A stretch of DNA of 63,880 bases, filler included, from Reticulomyxa filosa (Eukaryota; Protista; Foraminifera): the NCBI GenBank assembly GCA_000512085.1. It is 13 parts of 13 records of this genome, joined end to end, with 100 filler letters (N's around TTAATTAATTAA, not from the genome) between each part and the next. Parts side by side here need not be neighbours in the genome. Positions count along the whole stretch, not along the records: positions 9,372 to 20,375 come from ASPP01005996.1; positions 20,476 to 23,680 come from ASPP01022808.1; positions 23,781 to 33,828 come from ASPP01004938.1; 10 more parts are not named here. One strand, written 5' to 3'. Positions 13,433 to 24,567 of the stretch are shown in pieces. The notes under the pieces are model-generated. The model did no database searches and was not told the origin of the DNA. It was given only the letters and a program-made list of their open reading frames with translations. The position numbers and the translations under genes are program-made. Every line of letters starts with the position of its first letter. Position 1 is the first letter of the stretch.

Positions 13433-13794
13433 GGTGAAGACAAATGTGAGTGTCCAAAACAACAACCAAAAAAAAAGTGTTTTTACACTTGAAAAGATAA
13501 ATTAGTTATTGTTGATATTTGATTTTTTGGGTTGTTTAGTATACTTTGCATAAAGTACAATTGTCATAAATTGCTATCTTTATTTCAGAATGAACTACGA
13601 TAGATAGATTCTTTGAACAGCAGGCTCCACAACCTCATGAAACCAAGGTAACATCAATAGCATTCAAATTAATCGTTATTTTACGATGCTATCAAATGTT
13701 TGAACTCGGCTTGTTATTTTTTACTTCCCTGTTTTTCTTTTGTGCCACAAATTCTTGAGTCAGTCAGGAATAATCAAAATAGTGCAAAGTAGAA
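13433..13794. promoter_or_regulatory. Putative bidirectional promoter between the head-to-head Hsp70 genes
   Basis: 362 bp between the ATGs. Carries an inverted motif pair AACAACCAAAAAA (13461) / TTTTTTGGGTTGTT (13523) that is conserved in the paralogous spacer 62470-62817. Confidence 0.55.
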
Positions 13795-16700
13795 ATGATT
13801 GTAGATTTGTGCTTTGTCATGGATTGTACAGGTAAGAAAAAGAAAGACGAGCAAGGTGGCCTATCTCGAAAGAAACACATGTTTGTGATTTTTTTTTTGG
13901 TGTAGGATCAATGTCCAGTTGGATAAACCAATGTAAGAACGATATCCAAGGTATTGTGGCCAAAATATTGAGTGAGTATCCTTTCGTTAAGATGAGACTG
14001 GCATTTGTGGGTTACAGGTATGTTTTCATTGTTCATTTTGATAATGATAAAACAAGAAAATAAAACATCCACTCCAGAGATTATGGAGATACTCCTGATT
14101 TTGAAATACTGAACTTTACGGAGGATGTCAATGTATTTAAGGAATTTCTTGGGAAATTAAGCGCGACAGGAGGTGGCGATGAATGTGAAGATGTTATTGG
14201 TGGATTGGAAAAATGTGTGGGACTTAAATGGTCATCAACAACCAAAGTATTGTTTCATATTGTTGAGTCCTCTTTTTTTTTGTTTACATTATTTGAAGAG
14301 GGGAAAAAAGTAGCTCCAAAAAAAAAAAAGAAGAAATTCTAAACTGAGAAAATTTTTTTAAAAAAAGGGAGACGCTCCTCCACATAATCGCAAGTATCAC
14401 GATGGAGCTGGAGACAGTTATCCAGACGATACAAAACGAGATCACACTAAGGTTTTGAAAGAACTCCAAAAAAAAGGAAACATGAGATATTACATTGCAA
14501 AATTGCATGACAGCTTAAACAAAGTTTGGTGTGTGTGCTTTGAGAAGATCAAAAGCGCAATAGAGGGAAAGAAGGGGGGGGGAGAAAAAAAGCATGTTTC
14601 ACATTTGCATTTGTGTTGGATTAAAAAAAAGATGATTCGAGTGTTTAAAGCCACTGGTCACGAAATGAACTTAACAGTGGAAGAGCATGAAATGCCTGAT
14701 ATTATGCATCTTTTTGAGGGCGTGGTGCGGTCTGTGACGGATGCAATCAAAGCAATTCGTGTTTCCAAAAAAAAATGGTTTATTTCTTATGTTTTTTTTT
14801 TTTGGAATGAATAACTTCTTTTTTGATATAGTTTTGCTAACGAAAAAAATTGCTAGGAAGATGAGTGGAGAGTCAGATATTGGTATAATTGCTGGTAAGC
14901 GTAAAAGGCATCCGTTTAAGGCATTTGCGGGTATTGACTTTGGAACTGACGGCACTGGATTTGCCTATGGTTTTTCCGATGGAAAAATATACACAGAACA
15001 AAAATGGGAGGGGTGTCTGTTAGCAGAAGTGAAAAACAAAACCAATATATTGCTAGACAGCGATGGCGAATTTATAGCATTTGGCCAAGAGGCAACTGAG
15101 AGATACGTTTCAAGCGCCGATCGTTCCTTAGAATTTTATGAAAGATTCAAAATGGCTTTGTACGGTTAGGGCTATAAAAACTGATCACTTTTATATATAT
15201 ATAAAAAAGAGTGTATAGAATAGCATAACGACAGAACAACAATAATAATGGTAACAGATAAAACGTTAGAGGAAGTGCATGAGAAGTACGACGATGAAAA
15301 AAAAGAAATGGACTTGGAGCCTTATTTGACAGCTGCAAATGGAAAGAAAAGGAAATCAATGGATGTGTTGGTGCAAGCCTTTAAATTTATGAGAGGACAC
15401 ATAATGGGAGTCCTCAAAGACACTACATTTGTGGAGGAGGTCGAAGATGTGCAGTGGGTGGTGACTGTGCCTGCCATTTGGTCCAATACTGCAAAAAACA
15501 GAATGAGAGAGGCTGCGCTTCGTGCAGGATTAATAAATAACTCCATTCCTGATCACTTGATTATTGCATTTGAACCAGGTATGGTTCGTTAATTGTCACT
15601 GCTCCCCATTCCCTTTTCTCAAAAAAAGAAAATGTTCCAGCTGCTCAATAAACTTTAAAAAAAAAAAAAAAACAGAGTGTGGAAGCGTCGTCGCACGTAG
15701 ATATTGCGATCTTAAAAAAGGAGATAAATACATCCTGTTGGATTTGGGTGGAGGCACTGCCGATATTGCTTGCCATAAAGTATTGGATGAAACCAGTGTA
15801 TCGCAAATCTATATTCCGAGTGGCGGGGCGTGGGGTAGCACATATATCGACGAAGCTTTTTGGGGAATACTTTGTGAGATATTCGGAAGAGAGACGATGG
15901 AAGAGTTCAAAATCAAGTATCCCAATGAATTCGTTCTCTTGAAAGAAAATTTTCGACAAGCCAAACACAGCTACGACCCAGCCTCGTCCGATATCCCCAA
16001 GATAAAGATTGACATCATGGTGGATTTCATGGATACACACAAGATTGATTTGGAAGCTATGGGCAAGAAAGTGAAAGCGTACAAATTGAAAGGCGTGAAA
16101 AGTACATTTGAATTTGATACCAATTTCGCGACTTTAAATTTGGGTCATGGAGGATGGAAATTTTTAATGGACATAGTCATTGACCCTCTCATTACGCACA
16201 TGCGGAAATTGCTAGCACAACCACAATTGCGAGGGTGCGAGACCATGTTGTGCGTAGGGGGATTGTCCACATCACCTTATGTCATACAAAGACTACGAGA
16301 TGTGTTTGTCACTCAGCTTAAAGTTATTAAAACAATCACAAAGCCAGAACAGCCTGTTTTGGCTGTAATGGAAGGTGCAGCTCGGTTTGGTATGACTCCG
16401 TCCTTGATCACAGAATACATCATGGAGCACACGTACGGCTTGAAATGCGCCAGATTTTGGGCAGAGTCGGATGGGGAAGAGAGCAAACTTTGGAGTGAAG
16501 AAGAAGGCAGATACGTATTTGAAGATGGGTTTGAAATATTTACCCGCAAGAACAGTAAGTTGAACGTGCATGACCCTCCGAAGGTGCAATATTTCCAACC
16601 TCTTAACAAAGGGGAAAAAGAAATTATTATTGAAATTCATCGCAGCATTGAAGAAGATCCCACACAATGTACCGATAGAACACTGTGTGCACTTGCCCCT

Positions 16701-16862
16701 TTCCGATTACCAGAAGATTGGTGGGATGGAGTAGGTGCGGAAGACAAGGAAATTCCAATTGCCTTCTTTTTCAACAGAGCCGAAATTCAAGTCAAGGTTG
16801 AATTAGAAAATTACAGCGAGAAAGATAGATATATCAAAGTCGAATGGCTGAAAGGGGCATGA
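13795..16862 (+). CDS. vWA domain-Hsp70 (HSPA12-like) fusion protein (gene B), about 8 exons
   Basis: vWA: MIVDLCFVMDCTG|SM (MIDAS-like), AFVGYR|DY, GGGDECEDVIGGL, LFHI|GDAPPH. In-frame phase-2 splice (TG|gttt ... ctag|G AAG at 14857) into Hsp70: AGIDFGTDG, FYERFKMAL, WVVTVPAIW, FEP|ECGS, LLDLGGGTAD, GGAWGSTYIDEAF, CVGGLSTSPY and AVMEGAARFG. Confidence 0.88.
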
Positions 16863-17472
16863 GTATTATGTTTTTTGATGGTTTCTTGTGTTTGCTGTAA
16901 TAAAAGCGCAGTCGATCGTCAAAAAAAAATTACTCGTTCAAACAGTAACATTTTCAAGCAATTTCATCTTTTAGTAGAACTTCTAAATAAAAAAAATGAT
17001 ATTTTCAATGTGAAACTCAGTCAAATTCAAAAAAAAAATTTGTGGTAAAATCTCATTTTTGAATTGGAAAAAATCGATAAAGATTCGAAAGATTCATTTT
17101 CAGCCTTTTCTTTTAAGTCAGAGCTACTTGACTGGCAAAATCGTTCTTCAAATTTTTAAAATACTGTCTTCAATTCCTCTTCGTTTTTTTTAAGACACTA
17201 TTGTTTTAACTACAAGAACGGTTGCTACTTTTTTTTGCTGCAAAAGCTTTTTTCTTTACTTTTTATATGTGATTATCTTGAAAACGCATAACTCTCGTTT
17301 TCAACTGTAGCCAAGATACAGATTACATTAACACACAAAGTTAGCACGAATAATCAAACATTAAAGGGGGAACACACAAGTTGAATTGTTGCTTCTTCTA
17401 GGTTTTCCCTAACAAATTCACTCTGTATTAGGTCTATCTCCAACTCAAGAAGAATTCCCAGAAAACGTGAGA

Positions 17473-20375
17473 ATGGAAAGACACGAACATATCCAAAGTC
17501 TAGAAAAGAGAGGCTTTGAACGTAAAGCCACGAACGAAAATAAAACTTCTACAAACGAAAGTAAAAGTTCTGCGTGTGAACACGAAACGTACATGAGAGT
17601 ACAGGGTGAATACTACGTAAAAGTGTTAAGAATAATAAAGAGATTTTAAATGTTTATGTGTTTGAAATCAAATAGAAAAGAAATTTGAATTGACATTGTT
17701 TTTGGAGTGGCTCTTGTTTTTGTGTTGTTTTGGTAATATTATCAACAAAATTTGATCACACAAAGTACGCTGGATAATGAGTTTCCAAAGAGCGAGCCTA
17801 GTATAAGAGTTAATTTAAAAAGCTGGCGCTTAAATGAAGATGGCATTGCATGCATGGATGATCTGTTAGAAGACAGCAATACGTCGCTAGGTGACGCTGT
17901 AGAAAAGCTTTTAGATAACATAAAATCGACACCGAACGAAGCAGTTCAATTTTATTTTTCTTATGTACACATTAATTCAAAATGTATTTTATGATATTTG
18001 ACATTTGACAGTCAGAAGTTGCAAAGAGTGATTCACCAATGGTGTCAGTGAAAGAGCTGAGCAAACTTTTTTCAAACCCAAACGTTAGTCCATCTTCTTT
18101 AAAAATCTGGAGTTTCTCTTACTCAAACAATTATTAAAATTAAACAGATTCAGTGGATGAAAAATCACAAAGAAAGTACAATAGAGCCCGTTTTTGTTGT
18201 CAAACACATTAAAAATGAACATATTTTCCAAAAGAATCAAGAGTATTTTAACTATTCGTCTGCTGCTTTGACCAAATATTTTGAAGATTTGGAGGTAATT
18301 TGTTTATTTTTTTGAAGAAACATTATTTACTGCATTTCAACCTCATGCTATTCAATGTTTAGACAAATGACTCTCTCGAAGTGTTGAAAAATATTATTCA
18401 GTCTTTAGTATCGTGTTGTGCCGAATTGATGTCTTCTCAAGGAGTTTGATGTCTTTTATTTCTTTTTTAAAAACAAAATATTAATTTTGTTTAAGTCATT
18501 AAAAAATAAAAAAGCTGTCAGCTGGGGCGTTGGTGCTTTATGAAGCGGAAGGTAGATGGTTTTCGGCTTCGACTTATAAAACTTCTCGTGTCAGCAAAAT
18601 TGTAATGGATAGGAAAAACATTCAAGTGAAACTAGAAGATGGCAACTGGTGTTCCCCAAATATGCTTACAGTTTCATTTGTATTTTTCTTTTCTCCTTTA
18701 TTTGACGCAAATACACAAGTGATAAACTGTGCAGGTGCTTCCGAAACATTTGGTCTCTCAATTTTCTCAAGTTATTTCAAACAATGTTTTATTTTAATCA
18801 TCACAGCAATATAATAATATACTATCGCTTGTGCACATGTGTTTTTTTATCACAGATGAATATAAGGGAAACCGAGTTAGCTATTTAATCAAACAAAAAA
18901 AAGTGATTTTAGAGTTAATTTATTAATGTATTCTCACAACGCTTGAAAAAAACAACAGAGCCATAACCAATTTGCGTACTACCGTCCAAGAACGAGATAC
19001 ACTTATTACAACATTGAAAGAACAGCTTGACGACTGTGCAAAAAAGCTAGAAATCTCTAACAAGTTATAATTTGCAAAACTTAAAAATAAAAATTTAAAA
19101 ACAGGCATCATCATATATGTACAAAATATGGCGATTGTTCAATATAGGAAACGGAAAGAGCAATCTGAGGAAATCAAAAAAATTAATGATGATAATAAAA
19201 ATCAAAAAAACAAACTCAATTCATTAAACACTGAAAAATCGACTATGTATGAACAACTTGAAAGCTACAAGCTAGAAATAAAACACTCAAAGAGTTTACC
19301 ACTATACATCACACTCTTAACTTTGATCATTTATTGTATTGGCTATACGTAGGAAAAAACTATCCACTTTTTGATATACATATATTAAAAATTGTCGAAT
19401 AAAGAATTTATATTATTGTCTGGCATAAATAATGTAGAGCAAATGCAAAATTGTCCAGTGAAGTGAAAGATTTGCGAGGAAGGATTTGTGAGTTAACGAT
19501 AGGAGTAGGAATGAAAGGAATTCCCTGCAATGAATAAAATTGTGACAGCTTACGATGCAATACGCGATAACTATCGAGTAAGTTATACAAGTGAAATAAT
19601 GACACAATTAAAAAGTAGTGAGGAAACCAAAAAATTTGATACAGCACTTTTGGCAAGATTTGCACATTGTGTATCATTCACAATTTTGAGATTATCTTAT
19701 GAATTCATACAATCATATTGGGATACACAATTACAAAATTTGCAAAAACCATTTGGATTAAATAAAGAAACTGCACAAAGATACTTTCAAACCGTATTCC
19801 AAGAACAATTTACTTCTTCACTCACACAATTACTTCCACATGGAAAACAATTCATTAATTCGAAATTGAAACAACAGCTTATCAAAAAAAAAAAATACCG
19901 ACAATGTTTAGTAGATGTGATTATTAATGAAATAGAAAAAGAAGATAGCAAATTAAATACAAAAAAACATGCATTAATGGATGCATGTTTACGAAGTATG
20001 TGGAGTTGTTTGTTGTCAAGACCTTCTTTAAAACCTTATCCTTTGGAATTTAATTCCAGTTCAAAATTAAATGATGAAATCAAATCAAAGAAAGCGAAAA
20101 TCAACAAAGAAATATTAGGAAAAGAGAGTGGTTGTAATGATATTGGCTATTTTACTTGGCCTACTTTAATACGATGTGATACTCAAGAGTTATTAAATAT
20201 TCCAATTGCTGTTTGTTGTGCTCGTTTCAATGTCAATCAAACGAATGATCAACATCTTTTAAAAAATGATTCACCATCAAATAATTCAATTACTTCCAAT
20301 GCAAAAGCAGCTGACAATGTCAAAGACGAAGAAGATATCCAAGAGGTATATTATTTCCTTTTTTAATTTAAAAAA
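17473..20375 (+). CDS. Multi-exon coiled-coil protein with putative Mieap (SPATA18)/GrpE-like C-terminal domain (gene C). Its last exon is seen at 9828-10001
   Basis: Series of short exons from MERHEHIQSLE. Heptad-rich exons at ~18930-19500. Long exon 19530-20345 contains LMDACLRSMWSCLLSRPSL...IGYFTWPTLIRCD, resembling the Mieap C-terminal pattern (helix-W-x4-P-x-L ... YxxWPxL). Confidence 0.65.
19950..20375 (+). repeat. 426-bp direct terminal repeat, copy 2 (matches 9372-9797)
   Basis: The end of this contig duplicates its start. Confidence 0.95.
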
Positions 20376-20775
20376 NNNNNNNNNNNNNNNNNNNNNNNNN
20401 NNNNNNNNNNNNNNNNNNNTTAATTAATTAANNNNNNNNNNNNNNNNNNNNNNNNNNNNNNNNNNNNNNNNNNNNACTATAAATCTTCTCAAATATTTTT
20501 CTTGTCCAAAACAAAAAAATTTCGTGCGAACTCTGGCCGTAGAACGAAAAGTTTGACATTTTTCTATTTTCGAATTGCAAAAATTGCAGCTCATAAACAA
20601 ACAGAAACTGACCTTCAGTTTATCACCTTACAGTGTCAGGTCAAAAGTCTCTGAAAGTGAAGTAATTCTGCTAAATGTGTAAAAATAATTCGAGTTTTTT
20701 ATTTTATTAATTTATTTAGTGAAGTATATATGATCATAATTATGAGTAATTAATAAAAAAACGAAATACACTAAG

Positions 20776-21099
20776 TTACACCAAAAGATCATCATTGTTT
20801 TCAACTGTCTTTTTACGACAATACAAGCGTATGACACACACAAAAAGAGCAATTCCATATACAAGCAAACAGCTAATGATGACTCCATTTGCACAGTACA
20901 ATCCTCGCAAATTATCTTTCGTAGCCTGCTCGCACCCGGTGAAAGGAAGTAAAGTAGTGGTCGTCAAAGTGCCATTTATTGTTCCAGAAGAACTTTTACC
21001 ATCAAATCCACAACAGTTCAATTTTTGCTCAACTCGACGTTGTTCTTCCACACTTAAGCCATTCCATGTACTCTCCAGGACGTTGGGAGTAAAATACAC
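20776..21099 (-). pseudogene. Tetraspanin-like C-terminal fragment (EC2 loop plus TM4)
   Basis: W..L...RRVEQKLNCCGF...C followed by the hydrophobic helix GVIISCLLVYGIALFVCVI and a short basic tail. No TM1-3 exons are apparent upstream. Confidence 0.55.
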
Positions 21100-21492
21100 T
21101 ATTTACTAATCTTTCGTTTGTGTAATTCTAAACGATGACAAACAATTTTTTAAGAATACAAATTCATTGTTCATTTTATAAATGATCAAGATACATCATT
21201 GATGCATGGTTTAATTAAAATAATTTTGCATATCTTCATTCAATACATTACTTCGACAAGTTACAATAACTTTCATATATCATTAATTTTTTTATAAAAA
21301 TCAGTAAGAATAAAAATAAAAATAATAAAATTGGTAAACGTGTGAATAATAGTTGTTAAAAAACATATTTATTGTTATTTAAAAAAAGAGCAAGAAAATA
21401 TTTCCTAAAAAACTATACTAAAGACAACGTTATTATATATAGTTGAATTTTGCTTCTTCAATCTCTATAATGTGGCACTTAGATGTCAAAAT

Positions 21493-22786
21493 TTATTTCT
21501 TTTTACTGTATCTTATTATAATTTTATCAAAATCATCAATCCATCCTAATTTAATCTTCAAGTTTCGGATCCAATATTGAGTGACAAATTTTATTTCATT
21601 TTTTGACTGTTCATTATGTATTATTTGTTAATCAATTTTATCCAATATAATTTATTTGTGTTTGATTACAAAAAGAACAAATTATTACCAATTGCGAAGG
21701 ATCCCATACACGTACTTTTGTCTTCATATGAGTTAATACCGTGGTATTTTTGTCATTTTGTCCTCCAATGATGTGTATATAAGTGTCATCTTCATTTAAT
21801 ATTGCAACACAGCCCTCCAATGGACTGGGTAAAGTGTTTTGAAATGTTGTCCATTTATTTTCTTGAATTGAATATTTGTGCACTGATTTTGAAACGATCC
21901 ATCCAATGTCATTCCATCCCCCAAAGAACAAGATAACATCATTTATACACACATATGCATAATGAAAAAATGGTGCAATATTATCACAAACAGGTAGTTG
22001 ATGAAATTGAAAAGTATTGCTATCTTCATTATATTCAATTAATAATCCTGTCTTTTTACAAAACAATAACATTTCATTATTTTTCTTATTTTTTTTGGTC
22101 ATTTCTTCATCATTTTCTGACTTTGATACAAAACAATGATGTTCAATATAATCATCAGTTGGTAAAGTGTCATGTTTAATAAATTGAAATGTATTTAAAT
22201 CATACACACTAATGTTATTTGGGCTATGAGTGATAAACAATAAATTATTGCTTCTTCCACCAATCACTGCACACATCCCAGTATAATCGTCTTCATCTCT
22301 TCCAATCTGAATTGGATTATTGTGATTGTCTGTGAAAGGAGTCCATTCATTACAATTGTTTGATTTCTTTAATTTCTTTGGTTTATTCATTTTATTGTTA
22401 TTACCATTATCCCAAACACTTACATATTTCATTATCAATGTATGTTTACTTTCTCCAAGCAAAGAAGACCCAAAAGACAACAAAGTGATTTCATTTTTGT
22501 CTTTATTGTTATCTACCAGCTTCACTACACAGTGCCCAATTAAATCAACATCACTTGGATATTCACAGATAAACTTGTATTCGTTTTTGAGTGTATGATA
22601 AGAATAACAAGCTCTTTCTTCATAACCCCCACAAATGAGAATTTCGTGTTTGTATAGCACACGTTGAGATAGGTAAAGTGGAACGCTCAACTCCTTCAAA
22701 CTTTGAAATGGAGTTGAAGTACTAATATTTTGATTTTGTTCAATTTGTCTTTCAGGAGGTTTATGTGTTTTAGTTTGATTAGACAT
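21493..22786 (-). CDS. Kelch-repeat beta-propeller protein (lineage-expanded family)
   Basis: Repeated GG motifs (ILICGGY, AVIGG, LFFGGWN, HIIGGQN) and KWT. A short 3' exon SKNEIKFVTQYWIRNLKIKLGWIDDFDKIIIRYSKKK* lies at ~21606-21493. Confidence 0.85.
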
Positions 22787-24567
22787 GCTGCTGATTTTTT
22801 TTTAAGTAGTTACCTTTTTTCTAAAAAGTAGGATGTAACATGATCCTTTTTAAAAAAGGTATTTTACATGACAATAAAATAGAATTTATTGGGATTGAAA
22901 TTTGCAACTTTTAAAACGTGAATTAATTTTTTTTTTGGTAAGGAAGAAAAAGATGTGAAATCTGCTTCCTACTTGCTATTCAGTAACTTAAATAAAATAC
23001 AAATCGCAATGACTAAAAAATGTTGTGTTACAGCCAATTCCGAAAAAGATCAAATCTTATTTTTATCAAATACGACAAAAAGAAATGATAACATAAAATG
23101 TAGAAATGGAAAACAACTGAATATGTATGTTTAAAAATGTGAAAAAAAGCAGTTGCTGAAATGCTACTTTCATTCCTCAATTTCATTATATGTACAAAAT
23201 AACAAGTTAATGAAGACAAACTTTTAAAAACAATCCAAAAAACGTAAATAAAACGTAATTATTGCATTTATAAATAATCAATACCATTAAATTTGTTTTC
23301 AGATTGTTCTAAAATTTCAATTGTGTTTTTACTTTACTGCAAAAGTGTACTTCACTTTTATTGATTTTGAGATAAAAAAGTTCAAACAGTTTTTTGTCTA
23401 ATATCATTATTCAGCTTTTTTTATAAAATTACTTCAAGGGATAAATAAATAATTTTTTAGACCCCTTTTACAGAAACGAGGGGAAAAGAAAAAATATTGA
23501 TAAAAAGAAGTTGTTAAGTACTTGGAGATTATTTTCGCGTTGTAGCCCTTCAAAAAAATATTGATTTTTCATGAGTAAAGCCGCAACTGTTTGCAGAAGT
23601 TCGTTCTGGGGGAACTTTTTCTTTTTGCGATCGACTGTGTCAGTTCTTTCTATTGCTTGTAGTAATTGAAATTTTTTTAANNNNNNNNNNNNNNNNNNNN
23701 NNNNNNNNNNNNNNNNNNNNNNNNTTAATTAATTAANNNNNNNNNNNNNNNNNNNNNNNNNNNNNNNNNNNNNNNNNNNNTTACTTTTGTTTGCCTTTTG
23801 AAAACCACCTTTCAGTAATTACTTTCTTATTACACTTGGTGCTACCTCAATCTTCCTACAATGTAAGCGCCAAAAAGTTGAAAAGCACATGAACATGCAA
23901 GTAGTTGTTAAAGTATTTGCCATTTCATGTTCGTGGGTGTACATTAATTACAAAATTATGTAATTTTATTAACTCACAAATGTTTAAATTATGTTCAAAA
24001 AGACATAGCACAACTGTTTATCTCAAAATATTACTTTGAAAGAATGCTTTGGATTTCGAGCTATCCAGAAACAGTGAAATCTCAATATTACAAACTATTT
24101 CACTTGTCCCTACGTTCATACACTAGCAACTGGTGCACGAAAAATCATAAAAGGTAAGTGAACAATGGCATAATCATGATTTTAACTATCTTAATTAGTA
24201 AATTACAATGATCTACACTTCATGAGTTTCCTCTCTGCAACTAGCGCATAACCCAAGCGCTTCGTTAATATTCAAGTGAAGTGTGATCATTGTTTTTTTT
24301 CATTCAAAAAATCATTTTTTTCATGCGAAATAAGTTTAAATGGTTTTGACTGCAATGCCAAATAAATTTTCAAAACGTCGCAAATACTGACTTATTTCAA
24401 AATGTTGCTTGATTTGAAAATCTATAACAGTATTTGGCATGATATTTAGTTATCGTTTTGGAGTGTAGTTTATGTTCATTGTGATTAGTTTACATTTAAT
24501 TATTTAAATTGTTGAAACAAACTTTTTATTCAAAATTTTCAAAAAGTGAAGCAAAGATCGACACGCA

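Noticed and set aside
11023-16862. Bacterial contamination or recent HGT of a dnaK operon
   Set aside because: Both genes carry multiple spliceosomal introns of the host's style and have HSPA12-like rather than DnaK motifs.
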